Shown here in pieces: positions 11,712-23,665 of a stretch of 64,000 nt of DNA (position 1 is its first letter; every line of letters starts with the position of its first letter). Both the position numbers and the translations under genes were made by a program. The notes under the pieces were generated by a model. It did not search any database. It saw only the letters and a list, made by a program, of their open reading frames with translations, and was not told the origin of the DNA. The DNA is from Candidatus Multivoradales bacterium (GTDB taxonomy: Bacteria; Acidobacteriota; Thermoanaerobaculia; Multivoradales; J023). Where the stretch lies: NCBI GenBank assembly GCA_965248925.1, contig CBDFLE010000006.1, positions 1,664,001 through 1,728,000 of the forward strand. Direction: 5' to 3'.

Positions 11712-14024
11712 CTACTGCCGACCAAAGGCGATCGGCGCCGCCAGCGCTTGGTCGGGGATGGCGAAGGCGTCGACCAGGCCCAGGGCGTGGGGGCGGAGCT
11801 CGCCACAGAGCTTGTTGACCTGGGCCCGGATCGCCTTTGCCTTCACCCCTTCGAAATAGCCGGTCTCGAGAAAATAGCCGCGGTCGGCTTCGAGACGTGA
11901 CAGGGCGTAGAGATCGGCCAGGCGTTCGAGCACCGGTCGCAACTCCTCGTCTTCGATCGGCGCGATGGCAGCGGCGAATTGCTCGATGACCAAGCTCTCG
12001 ACATGGGCATGAGCGGTCGCTAGAGCATGGTCTTGGCACTCGATCAGGGCTTGGGAGGTCGCCATACCGGCGTCGATGCGCTTCTTCAGCCGCTTGGCCA
12101 AGCCTTGCAGCAGATGGCGCTCGCGCCAGGTGAAGGCGGCGAGGTGAAACTCGCGGTCGCGCAAGTGCTCTTCCGCGGCGCGCCGCACCACCGCCGGGTT
12201 GAGTTCGGCCAGCTGAGTCATCGCGGCGCTGGCGACATAGCGCACCAGGCCAGCTAGATTCATGTTGTTGAACTGGCGTTTGAAACCACTCAGCAGACTC
12301 TTGACCACCAGCTGCAAGAGCACGGTGTTGTCGCCCTCGAAGGTGGTGAAGATATCGGCATCGGCCTTCAACGCGGCGAAGCGGTTTTCCGCCAGGTAGC
12401 CCTTACCGCCACAGGCCTCGCGGCAAGCCTGAATGGTGTCGGTGGCATGCCGTGTAGCCAGCGCCTTGAGCCCAGCGGCCAGGGTCTCGATCTGACGCCC
12501 GTCCTCGCCGGAGTCGGCGCTGAAGCGAGCAGCGAGATGTTCGAGGGCAAAGTGCAGGGCGTAGCCCTCGGCCAAACGTGGCAGCAAGCGCCGCTGGTGG
12601 CTGAGGTAGTCGAGCAGGCGGATCTCGGGCTCGCCCGGCGGGCCGAACTGGCGCCGCTGGGCGGCGTAACGCAGAGCGATGGTCAGCGCCGACTTGGCGG
12701 CCGACAACCCAGCCTTGGCCACCGAAACGCGGCCAGCGACCAAGGTACCTAACATGGTGAAGAAACGCTTCGAAGGACTTGCAATGGGGCTTGTATAACC
12801 GCCCTTGGCATCGATCTGGGCGAAGCGATCGAGCAAGTTCTGCCGCGGCACTCGGACCTGGTCGAAACTCAGACGACCGTTGTCAACGCCGTTCAAGCCA
12901 AGTTTTTCGCCGCAATCCTCGATTTTGACGCCGGCCGCCGGAGTGCCATCGGGCTCGCGAATCGGCACCAGCACGGCATGCACGCCATAGGATTCGCCGT
13001 CGATCTCGAGTTGAGCGAAAACAGTCGCCAACCGCCCGTGGGCGGCGGCGTTGCCGATGTAGTCTTTGCTCGCCGACCGACTCGGCGTATGCACCACCAA
13101 TTCGCCGCTGGCGTGATCGAAGGTCAGGGTGGTCTCGATATCGTAAACATTCGAACCATGGCCGGTCTCGGTCATGGCGAAGCAGCCCGGCAGTTCGAGC
13201 CGACCGATGGCGCCGAGGTAGCGCCGGTGATGGGTTTCACTACCAAGGTTGAGAATACTGCCGCCGAAAAGGCCGAATTGCACCCCGAACTTGATCAACA
13301 TGCTGAGATCGCCGTGACCCAGGGCCTCGAACACCGCCACGCTGGCGCCGCGATCCGCCTCGCCACCACAGGACACCGGGTAGCTCAATGAACCCAAGCC
13401 GCGGTCAGCGAGTACCTTGCACCAATCGAGCACCTGCTCACGATACTCACGCTTGCCCAGACCGTAGCGATAGGCGAAGGCCGGCTCGGCGAGCACCGCC
13501 CGCACCCGCTGCTTGAGCTGATGGTGGGCACCATCTAGCAGGCGGGTCAGCACAGCTGTTTCGAAAGCCGGCGGCGGCTCGGCGGCGGCCTCGGGTCGCT
13601 GCCAGAAAACCAACTGCCGCGCGGCTTCACCGCTGGCAATGCCCAAGGCTCCGGCGAGTTCGACCAAGGCCTGGCGCTCAGTGGCGGCGATGTCGCGCCC
13701 CTTTGAGCGGGCCAGCGCCAGCCCCAGGCTCGACAGATCGAGGCGCTCCGGCAGCTCCAGGCTGCGCGCCCCACGGCGAATGATGGTCAGCATCCGCCGC
13801 AGGTCGAGGGCGGTGGGCGGCCGGCGGGTATCGAGCCAGCGGCCGAGCGCCGCGTGACAGCCGCCGTCGGGTTCCTCGCCCGAGGTGAACCGTTGGCAGA
13901 TATCGTCGATCTCGGCCTCGTCGAGTTCACCGTCCGCCCAGGCAACATAGAGCATCGGCAAATAGGGCAGTAGCTGGGGATCGTCGAGGGGCAGCTCCAC
14001 GGCCACCTTCTGGTTCTCGGTCAT
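11712..14024 (-). CDS. Acyl-CoA oxidase/dehydrogenase with an N-terminal TerB-like helical extension
   Basis: GCFAMTETGHGSNV, KLGLNGVDNG, CREACGGKGY, TFEGDNTVL; N-terminal YVAWADGELDEAE. Confidence 0.85.
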   Translation of the reverse strand: MTENQKVAVELPLDDPQLLPYLPMLYVAWADGELDEAEIDDICQRFTSGEEPDGGCHAALGRWLDTRRPPTALDLRRMLTIIRRGARSLELPERLDLSSLGLALARSKGRDIAATERQALVELAGALGIASGEAARQLVFWQRPEAAAEPPPAFETAVLTRLLDGAHHQLKQRVRAVLAEPAFAYRYGLGKREYREQVLDWCKVLADRGLGSLSYPVSCGGEADRGASVAVFEALGHGDLSMLIKFGVQFGLFGGSILNLGSETHHRRYLGAIGRLELPGCFAMTETGHGSNVYDIETTLTFDHASGELVVHTPSRSASKDYIGNAAAHGRLATVFAQLEIDGESYGVHAVLVPIREPDGTPAAGVKIEDCGEKLGLNGVDNGRLSFDQVRVPRQNLLDRFAQIDAKGGYTSPIASPSKRFFTMLGTLVAGRVSVAKAGLSAAKSALTIALRYAAQRRQFGPPGEPEIRLLDYLSHQRRLLPRLAEGYALHFALEHLAARFSADSGEDGRQIETLAAGLKALATRHATDTIQACREACGGKGYLAENRFAALKADADIFTTFEGDNTVLLQLVVKSLLSGFKRQFNNMNLAGLVRYVASAAMTQLAELNPAVVRRAAEEHLRDREFHLAAFTWRERHLLQGLAKRLKKRIDAGMATSQALIECQDHALATAHAHVESLVIEQFAAAIAPIEDEELRPVLERLADLYALSRLEADRGYFLETGYFEGVKAKAIRAQVNKLCGELRPHALGLVDAFAIPDQALAAPIAFGRQ

Positions 14025-14115
14025 CGGCTCACCTCCGGGGTCAGAGCGACGGAGTTAGAAATTTCAGCAGTAGCTTCTAGACTAGCAAGATCACCAAGGA
14101 TTGCGCTGGGCCGAC

Positions 14116-14145
14116 TTGACAGCCGCCCGGAGCAAGTATAAAACT
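14116..14145 (+). promoter_or_regulatory. Sigma-70-type promoter of the met leader/operon
   Basis: Perfect TTGACA followed 15-17 bp later by TATAAAACT. The predicted start site falls close to the leader ATG at 14154. Confidence 0.6.
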
Positions 14146-14153
14146 CTCCCACC

Positions 14154-14327
14154 ATGGTCGCCGACCCCACATCTTCACCCCTGAGTTCCGCCTACCCTGC
14201 GGCAGCCGCTGCGCCGTGCCACCGCGGCCAGCCAGAGAAGCAGATGTGGATGGGTATGTGCAGCTGCGCTTGTATGCGCAGGCAAGATGCCGGACGGTGG
14301 ACTCCTGAGGAGTCGGGCAAGAGTTAA
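14154..14327 (+). CDS. Putative Met/Cys-rich attenuator leader peptide (57 aa)
   Basis: MVADPTSSPLSSAYPAAAAAPCHRGQPEKQMWMGMCSCACMRRQDAGRWTPEESGKS*; 4 Met + 3 Cys in codons 31-41 (14244-14276); below the ORF-track size cutoff. Confidence 0.75.
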   Translation: MVADPTSSPLSSAYPAAAAAPCHRGQPEKQMWMGMCSCACMRRQDAGRWTPEESGKS

Positions 14328-16795
<2,468 letters not shown>

Positions 16796-16805
16796 AGAGG
16801 GTGCC

Positions 16806-18206
16806 ATGCAGATTCTCAAATTCGGTGGCAGCTCGCTAGCCAACGCCGAGCGCCAGCTGCGAGCCGCCGAGATCGTCCAGCGGGCCGCCGCCAAGGAGCC
16901 CACCTGGGTGGTGGTCTCGGCCCTGGCCGGGGTCACCGACCAGTTGGTGCGGGCTTTCGAGCGCTCCGCGGTCGGTGATCGCGCAGCCTTGGCGGTGGCT
17001 CCCCAACTCGCCCGCCAACACTTCGCATGCTTGGCGCAGATGCCTCCGGGAGATGCCCGCGACCGCGCCAGACGGAGCTTGGTGGTACAACTCGATCGGC
17101 TGCAAAGCCGCCTGGCCAGTGTTCGCGGGACCGCTGGCCACCGACGGGCCGCCAGCCGCCGAGCCGGGATCCTCGCCACCGGCGAACGGTTGGCGGTAGC
17201 GCTGATGATCGCTCACCTCGCTTCCCTGGGTGTCGACTCCAGAAGCGCCGCAGACGGCAGCCTGATGGCCACCGACAGCAGCTCCGACCACAGCTCCGAT
17301 GATGCCCGCGTTCGCCGGCTTGAGAGCCGAGTCCGGGCGCGCGCCTGGCTCAGCCAGCAGCCACCCCAGGCGGCGACCGTGGTGCCTGGCTTCATTGGCC
17401 GCGATAGGGACAACCGGACCACCAACTTGGGCCGCAACGGCTCGGATCTGACCGCGACCCACCTGGCCGACGCCCTCGACGCACGGCAGGTACAGATCTG
17501 GAGCGATGTCGACGGGGTGCTCAGCGGCGACCCGCGGCGGATCGACAGCCCGCAGACCCTGGAGCACCTGAGCTTCGCCGAAGCCACTCTCCTGGCCCGT
17601 TTCGGTGCGCGCGTGCTGCACCCCCGCGCCCTATCCCCGGTAATGCCATCGCCTGCCCGACCGCGAGGCATTCCAGTGGAGATCCGCAACACGCTGCGAC
17701 CGCAAGGGCCCTACACTCGGATCGACACCGCGCCGCCCACCCGGCCCGGCGACCACCCCTTGGCCCGAGCCATCAGCGGCCACCGCAAAGTCCAGCGACT
17801 GCGCCTTGAGCGACCGGAGGCGGAACTAGAGGCTTGGCTGAAGGGACTCGACCCACCACCCCTGCGATGCTGCCCGGGCCAGGCTCCGAGTCTCGAACTG
17901 TGGCTGACGGCAAGCCAAGCCAGGGAACTCACCAGCATCCAGCCGCGGCTGGCCGGCCAGCTGGACGACGATCTCACCGCCATCGCTCTAGCCGGGGTGG
18001 AGGGTGATCAAGAGCTAACAGAACGCCTCGCCCGACAGACTGCTGAAGCGGTTGGCGGGCGCCCCTTGGCGATCGCTTGCGGACCGATCGCGGGTAGTTT
18101 CTTGCTGCTGGTGGCCGGCGTCGAATTCGCTCCGTTGCTGAGCGCCTTGCATCAACGGTTGGTCGGTTCTCGGCTGGCTACGAACTCAGTGGCGGTAGCT
18201 AGCTGA
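16806..18206 (+). CDS. Aspartate kinase with a divergent C-terminal regulatory region
   Basis: ILKFGGSS, VVVSALAGVTD, GERL, LGRNGSDLTA, WSDVDGV, GARVLHP. Confidence 0.85.
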   Translation: MQILKFGGSSLANAERQLRAAEIVQRAAAKEPTWVVVSALAGVTDQLVRAFERSAVGDRAALAVAPQLARQHFACLAQMPPGDARDRARRSLVVQLDRLQSRLASVRGTAGHRRAASRRAGILATGERLAVALMIAHLASLGVDSRSAADGSLMATDSSSDHSSDDARVRRLESRVRARAWLSQQPPQAATVVPGFIGRDRDNRTTNLGRNGSDLTATHLADALDARQVQIWSDVDGVLSGDPRRIDSPQTLEHLSFAEATLLARFGARVLHPRALSPVMPSPARPRGIPVEIRNTLRPQGPYTRIDTAPPTRPGDHPLARAISGHRKVQRLRLERPEAELEAWLKGLDPPPLRCCPGQAPSLELWLTASQARELTSIQPRLAGQLDDDLTAIALAGVEGDQELTERLARQTAEAVGGRPLAIACGPIAGSFLLLVAGVEFAPLLSALHQRLVGSRLATNSVAVAS

Positions 18207-18281
18207 GCAGCGGGATTGCCCAGCATCCGCGTCGGCAGCCTGTCACGGGTTCCGCGCTACACTGAACCCGCGGAAGCAAAT

Positions 18282-18512
18282 ATGCGAAATCTCACTCTCA
18301 CCATCGAAGACGACATTCTGCACCAGGCTCGCAAGCTCGCTCGCGATCAGAATACGACCGTCAACCAGCTAGTACGTCGATTCTTGAGCCAGCTGATCGC
18401 CAAAGCAGACAAGAAGCGGCTGGCCCGACAGCGGCTGCGGCGAATGATGAGCGAGAAACCGCTCGTCGTGGGTGAGAAGACCTGGACCCGTGAAGAACTC
18501 TATGAGCGCTGA
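18282..18512 (+). CDS. RHH/CopG-like antitoxin (DUF6364-like)
   Basis: MRNLTLTIEDDILHQARK...TVNQLVRRFL...WTREELYER; overlaps the PIN gene start. Confidence 0.75.
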   Translation: MRNLTLTIEDDILHQARKLARDQNTTVNQLVRRFLSQLIAKADKKRLARQRLRRMMSEKPLVVGEKTWTREELYER

Positions 18513-18927
18513 GGCCCCGGCCTTCGTCGACACCAATGTGCTGGTCTACGCCTGCGGTGGCGAAGATCCCAAGCAAGCGGTCGGCGCCAAGCTTTTGGCT
18601 CATTTGATCGATACCGATCGGCTGCGGCTCAGCACCCAGGTTTTTCAGGAGTTCTACGTTACGGTGACGCGGAAGATCAAACGTCCGCTGAGCCCCCGCC
18701 AGGCACTAGATATCATGGACGATCTGTCGATCTGGCCAGTCGTCCGCCCCGACTACCCGCTGATTCGCCAAGCCGTATCGACTTCCAACGACAGCCAGAT
18801 ATCCTTCTGGGACGCACTGCTGATCGCCGCCGCGAGTTAGTCAGGCGCAAAGACCCTTTACACCGAAGATCTCAATCATGGTCAGACGATCCTCGGGGTC
18901 AAGATCGTCAATCCGTTTGGCAACTGA
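18502..18927 (+). pseudogene. PIN toxin interrupted by an in-frame TAG (18838-18840)
   Basis: AFVDTNVLVY...SFWDALLIAAAS*SGAKTLYTEDLNHGQTILGVKIVNPF; the conserved C-terminus continues in frame. Confidence 0.85.
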
Positions 18928-18975
18928 GCTTGTCTTCGATCGTGCGATACAAATCATTGGAAATACGAGCCTTCT

Positions 18976-19004
18976 TGTAGGGGCGCATGCCATGCGCCCC
19001 TACA
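18976..19004. repeat. GTAG-type REP-like palindrome
   Basis: TGTAGGGGCGCATG-c-CATGCGCCCCTACA, a perfect 14-bp inverted repeat. Confidence 0.7.
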
Positions 19005-19077
19005 CAATCCTCGAGGCTACGATTTCGCCAGCGGGACGAGTTCGTCGCGTCAAGCCGCCCGCTGCCGAACACAGCGA

Positions 19078-19227
19078 CTAAAACAGCGTGTAGATGAACG
19101 GCGCGATCGCCGAGCCCTGGGTCAACACCAGCAGCAAGCCGAGCAGCAGCAGCATTCCCACAATCGGTCCGAGCCACCACTTTTTGCGGACTCTGAGAAA
19201 CTGCCAGAACTGTTTTAGGAACTCCAT
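19078..19227 (-). CDS. DUF5989/SxtK-like small membrane protein (49 aa)
   Basis: Manual translation MEFLKQFWQFLRVRKKWWLGPIVGMLLLLGLLLVLTQGSAIAPFIYTLF*. Confidence 0.9.
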   Translation of the reverse strand: MEFLKQFWQFLRVRKKWWLGPIVGMLLLLGLLLVLTQGSAIAPFIYTLF

Positions 19228-19275
19228 TGCGCCATCTCCAACGGCCGCTTGCAGCGGCCTTCTCGGGGTGAGGGT

Positions 19276-19713
19276 CTAGAAGAACTTTTCAAAGCGCGAG
19301 CGGTCTTTGATCAGGTATTCCTTGTCGATCCAGTAGGTCGCCGCTTGGCGGTTGAGCTTGCGGTGCAGGGCGTCGCGACCGATCAATTTGAAGACCAACC
19401 CCACCGGCGTGATCACCAGGAAGAAGAAGATCGTCAGGATCACCCGAGACATGAAGAAACCCATCACCACCGCGAACCCCATCCACCCCCAGTAGAAGGG
19501 TCGCAGCAGCTTAGGCGCCACCATCGCCAAGACCACCAGCAGGGCGCCTAGCCCCACTAGCAGCGGTTGTAGGTGGATCTCTTCGCCGCGTCGCCATTGC
19601 ATCACCACGATCACCGCGGCGATCGCCAGCAGCACGCCACCGACGGTCCAACCGGTCTTGCGAAAATCGCTGACGGTGGGATTTAGCTCATTGATTTCGG
19701 CTCGGATCGACAT
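19276..19713 (-). CDS. SxtJ-family membrane protein
   Basis: LRPFYWGWM...ILTIFFFLVITPVGL...GRDAL...TYW; typical position after a carbamoyltransferase. Confidence 0.85.
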   Translation of the reverse strand: MSIRAEINELNPTVSDFRKTGWTVGGVLLAIAAVIVVMQWRRGEEIHLQPLLVGLGALLVVLAMVAPKLLRPFYWGWMGFAVVMGFFMSRVILTIFFFLVITPVGLVFKLIGRDALHRKLNRQAATYWIDKEYLIKDRSRFEKFF

Positions 19714-19734
19714 CTTTGCTTTCTCGCTAGGCGG

Positions 19735-21552
19735 TCAATCGAGCTGGAACTCGTCGCGCCAGTCGCCTTCTTCGTTCCACTCCGGCTGCTCTTGCTTGGC
19801 CAGCAGGTAGGGGCCGACCACCAGGTAGTCCATGTTGGTGCGCATGAAGCAGGTGTAGGCGTCCGCCGGCTGGCAGACGATCGGCTCGCCGCGAACGTTG
19901 AACGAGGTGTTGATGATCACCGGGCAGCCGGTGAGTTTTTTGAAGTGGCGAATCACCTGGTAGTACATCGGGTTGTCGTCGGGATGTACGCTCTGCACCC
20001 GCGCCGAGTAGTCGACGTGGGTGATCGCTGGCACGGTAGAACGCGGCACGTTGAGCTTGTCGATGCCGAAGAGCTGCGACTCTTTGTCATCGGTCAAGGT
20101 GTGGTGCTCTGCCCTCACTTGAGCCACCAACAACATGTAGGGGCTCTCGCGATCAAGGTCGAACCACTCGCCAATATCGTCCACCAAGACGGTCGGGGCG
20201 AAGGGGCGGAACGACTCACGGAACTTGATCTTCAAGTTCATCGTGGTCTGCATCTCGGAGGAGCGCGCGTCGCCGATGATGCTGCGCCCGCCGAGGGCCC
20301 GCGGGCCGAATTCCATGCGTCCTTGGAACCAACCGACCACTTTCTCCGCCGCGATCAGCTCGGCAACTCGCTCGGGGATCGCGTCGAGACCGACTTTCTC
20401 GAAGTGGGCGCCGAAGCGCGAGAGTGTGTGCTCGATATGCTGATCGTCGAAACTTGGTCCAAGGTAAGAACCTCGCTGGCTGCCACGCGGCTGCGCCGTG
20501 CGTGGCTGATCGAGATACTCGTGCCACACCGCCAACGCCGCACCGAGGGCACCCCCCGCGTCGCCGGCCGCCGGCTGAATCCAGATGTCGTCGAACGGTC
20601 CCTCGCGCAGCAGCTTGCCGTTGGCAACACAGTTGAGGGCCACGCCGCCGGCCATCACCAGGTTTTTCTGGCCGGTCTCGCGATGGACATGTCGCCCCAT
20701 GCGCATCACCGCTTCCTCTGTGACTACTTGCACTGAGCGCGCCAGGTCCATTTGCTTCTGGGTCAACTCCGTCTCGGGCTGCCGTGGTGGGCCACCGAAC
20801 AAGTCGTGGAACTTGCCGTTGGTCATCCGCAAGCCGGCGCAGTAGTCGAAGTAGCTTTGATCGAGACGGAACGAGCCGTCTTCCTTGAGGTCCACCACAT
20901 GGTCGAGGATCAGGTCGACGTATTTGGGCTCGCCATAGGGCGCCAACCCCATCACCTTGTACTCGCCGGAGTTGACCCGGAAGCCGGTGTAGTAGGTGAA
21001 GGCCGAGTAGAGCAGGCCCAAGGAGTGGGGGAAGTGCAGCTCCTTCCAGATCTTCAATCGATGATCTTTGCCCACCCCCCAACTGGTGGTGGCCCACTCC
21101 CCAACTCCGTCGATGGTCAAGAAAGCGGCTTGCTGAAAGGGCGACGGATAGAAGGCCGAGGCAGCATGCGACTCGTGATGCTCAGGGAAGAGTAGCTTGC
21201 CGTCAAAACCAGCGAGGGATTTGCGAATCAGGTCGGGAATGAACAGCTTCTTCTTGATCCACAGCGGTATCGCCTTCAGAAACGACGACAAACCCCGCGG
21301 CGCCGAGGCAATGTAGGTCTCGAGGATGCGCTCAAATTTAAGGAAAGGCTTGTCGTAGAAGGTCACGTAGTCGAGGTCGGAGTGGCTTAGACCGGCCTCT
21401 TCGAGGCAGTAGGCGATCGCCCGGCGCGGGAACTCGGAGTCCTGCTTGATGCGCGAGAAACGCTCCTCAGAGGCCGCGGCAACGATCTCGCCATCGCGCA
21501 CTAAACAGGCGGCGGCGTCGTGGTAGTAGCAGGAGATGCCGAGGATATTCAA
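19735..21552 (-). CDS. NodU/CmcH-family carbamoyltransferase
   Basis: ILGISCYYHDAAA, HHESHAASAFY, EYKVMGLAPYG, GRMEFGPRALG, NTSFNVRGEP; probable TTG start at 21552. Confidence 0.93.
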   Translation of the reverse strand: MNILGISCYYHDAAACLVRDGEIVAAASEERFSRIKQDSEFPRRAIAYCLEEAGLSHSDLDYVTFYDKPFLKFERILETYIASAPRGLSSFLKAIPLWIKKKLFIPDLIRKSLAGFDGKLLFPEHHESHAASAFYPSPFQQAAFLTIDGVGEWATTSWGVGKDHRLKIWKELHFPHSLGLLYSAFTYYTGFRVNSGEYKVMGLAPYGEPKYVDLILDHVVDLKEDGSFRLDQSYFDYCAGLRMTNGKFHDLFGGPPRQPETELTQKQMDLARSVQVVTEEAVMRMGRHVHRETGQKNLVMAGGVALNCVANGKLLREGPFDDIWIQPAAGDAGGALGAALAVWHEYLDQPRTAQPRGSQRGSYLGPSFDDQHIEHTLSRFGAHFEKVGLDAIPERVAELIAAEKVVGWFQGRMEFGPRALGGRSIIGDARSSEMQTTMNLKIKFRESFRPFAPTVLVDDIGEWFDLDRESPYMLLVAQVRAEHHTLTDDKESQLFGIDKLNVPRSTVPAITHVDYSARVQSVHPDDNPMYYQVIRHFKKLTGCPVIINTSFNVRGEPIVCQPADAYTCFMRTNMDYLVVGPYLLAKQEQPEWNEEGDWRDEFQLD

Positions 21553-21717
21553 AAGTCTGGACCTGAGCTGTCGCGGGCCGGCTAGAGAGCTGAACTGTTG
21601 GGGTTCCGACGGATCGATGCCTGCTTGAACATTGGCCTGAAGCCGCCGCAAGTTCTACCACAAGACGCTCAGCGTGTCGATTCTAGCCCAGCCGGCAGAG
21701 GCCGGCAGCCCCGCACT

Positions 21718-21785
21718 GGGTCACAGCGGGTCACAGCGGGTCACAGCGGGTCACAGCGAGGCACAGCGGGTCACAGCGAGGCACG
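21718..21785. repeat. 10-bp tandem repeat (GGGTCACAGC / GAGGCACAGC, about 6.5 copies)
   Basis: Read directly; intergenic, upstream of the carbamoyltransferase. Confidence 0.9.
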
Positions 21786-21824
21786 CGAGCCGGACAGCAT
21801 CTGGCTCCCGGCCCCGCTCACCGC

Positions 21825-23006
21825 TCAGGCTTCAGCGGCGGCCTGCTCGCGACCGCGGCGATAGAAGGTCAGGATCTGATCCTCGAATTCGACTTCAACC
21901 ACATCGCCAGTACCGATCTCGCCGGCGGCGAGGAGCCGCGACAAAGGCGCCACCAACTCACGCTCGACGGTGCGGCGCAGCGGTCGGGCGCCGTACCGCG
22001 GATCGGTACCGCGTTCCAGGATCCAACCTTCGGCGGCCGAGCTGATGTCGAGCAGCAAAGGGGTGTCGGCGGCAAGAGCGCGACCGTGGATGTCGCCAAC
22101 GAACTTGGCGAAGATCCCAGCCAGGGCCTCCTCGCTGAGTGTCGAGTAGACCAGCACCTCGTCGAAGCGGTTGAGGAACTCCTGCGGGAAGTTCTTGCGC
22201 GCCGCTGCCAGGGCAGTCTCGTGGAGGGCTTCGGGATCGCTCACTCCGAGCGGTACGTCGACGGCAAAACCCATGTGCTGGGGATCGAGCAAGGAACCCA
22301 TCTCGGCACTGCCAACATTCGATGTCATCAGGATCACCGTGTTGCGGAAATCGGTGGTGGAATTATCACCCAGGGTCAGCTGGCCCTCTTCGAGCACGCC
22401 GAGCAGCGCGTTCCACACCCGCGGGTGGGCTTTTTCGATCTCATCGAAAAGCACCACCGAGATCCGCCGCTCCGGGTCGCCGGCGCAGAGCTTGGCCAGC
22501 AGGGCGGCGGCAGGGGCCTGGTTGCCACTCTCCAGCAAGCGCTCGTGACCGCTGTCCAAATTCGCTTGCGAGAATAGCGGCTCGACCTGGTGGCCGACGT
22601 AGCCCGGCGGCGAACCGAGCAACTTGGCAACTTCGTGACCGTGGCCATACTCCTCACAGTTGATCCGCACCATGGCTTCGTCGTTGCCCAGCAACGCTTC
22701 GCCAATCGCCCGCACGGTCTCGGTCTTGCCCACTCCAGTGGGGCCTAGCAAGAGACCGGTCAAGAGTGGCCGCTGCGGGTCATGCAAGCCCGAAAGCAAA
22801 CGGGTGAAAGCGTCGACCAAAGGCGCCAGGGCTTGACTCTGGCCCATCACTCGGCGCTCAAGATTGTCGATAAGGGAACGCAAATCGACCACCTCGGGGG
22901 TGGTCTCCATACGCTGCCGCTGGGTCGCAGTGGAGGTCTTGAGGGGGGCGGGCTGCCGAGCAGGAGCAGCCGTGACTTCGGGGTGGACCGTCTCTGTTGC
23001 GGTCAT
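21825..23006 (-). CDS. Single-module Clp/Hsp100 AAA+ ATPase (ClpB D2-like only)
   Basis: GPTGVGKTE, LLGSPPGYVGH, VLFDEIEKAH, MTSNVG, EFLNRFD, YGARPLRR; no D1 or N domain. Confidence 0.85.
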   Translation of the reverse strand: MTATETVHPEVTAAPARQPAPLKTSTATQRQRMETTPEVVDLRSLIDNLERRVMGQSQALAPLVDAFTRLLSGLHDPQRPLLTGLLLGPTGVGKTETVRAIGEALLGNDEAMVRINCEEYGHGHEVAKLLGSPPGYVGHQVEPLFSQANLDSGHERLLESGNQAPAAALLAKLCAGDPERRISVVLFDEIEKAHPRVWNALLGVLEEGQLTLGDNSTTDFRNTVILMTSNVGSAEMGSLLDPQHMGFAVDVPLGVSDPEALHETALAAARKNFPQEFLNRFDEVLVYSTLSEEALAGIFAKFVGDIHGRALAADTPLLLDISSAAEGWILERGTDPRYGARPLRRTVERELVAPLSRLLAAGEIGTGDVVEVEFEDQILTFYRRGREQAAAEA

Positions 23007-23155
23007 GACTGAGGCCTCCTTTCCGTTTCCTAGGGAGGAAACAGTATCCATCCTCAACTCACCGTCAGTCTTCTCCGAGCAAGGTATCCAGCCTTGCCCT
23101 TATCCCCTTCTTACGAGTGCCGGGAGTAAAAGTACTCAACCGACACCAACCAAGT

Positions 23156-23473
23156 TCACCCCGCACCGGCTTCATCGCCAGGCCCCCCTGAGCATCGCCT
23201 GCCGCGTCCAGCTGGCCGGCAAAAGCGCTGTCGCGGTGCGGGTTGCGCTCGATCGCCGCTTCGAGACGCTGCACGGCGCGGAGCAGCAACCGGCGACCCT
23301 CGACCGACGGCGCCCCGGGCCTCATCTTCGAAACCCACCTCCGGCCGCAGGGCCTTGATCGCCACCGGGCGCCGCAAATGCTGGTCGAAACCACGGTAAA
23401 CGGTGCCCATGCCACCTTCGCCTAGAAGGGTCTCGATTCGCAGATGAGCAATCTGCCTGCCAGCCAGGGTCAC
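23156..23473 (-). pseudogene. Fragment of a Hanks-type Ser/Thr kinase (N-lobe start only)
   Basis: LLGEGGMGTVYRGFDQHLRRPVAIKAL; kinase similarity is lost after about 53 aa. Confidence 0.7.
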
Positions 23474-23665
23474 TACGGGCCAAACCTCGGCGCGAGCCTA
23501 GATTTTACCGCTGAATCGTAGCACTGCACCGCCCGCGATCCGCTCCTGCAACCCCGCCGCCGACACTTGATATCCTGTCCTCCGTTTCCCAGGCAACAAA
23601 TCCGACCGCTTTCCGCGCGGCTGGTGGCCTGCCACCCGCAACAAACTACCGTGAAGGATCTCCAG

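Noticed and set aside
19078-21552. SxtI/SxtJ/SxtK-like trio suggesting saxitoxin biosynthesis
   Set aside because: This trio is widespread outside toxin producers, and no sxtA/sxtG-like or other sxt genes are present.
21718-21785. CRISPR array (also considered for 60855-60884 and 63354-63392)
   Set aside because: The units are 10-21 bp with no unique spacers, and no cas genes are present.
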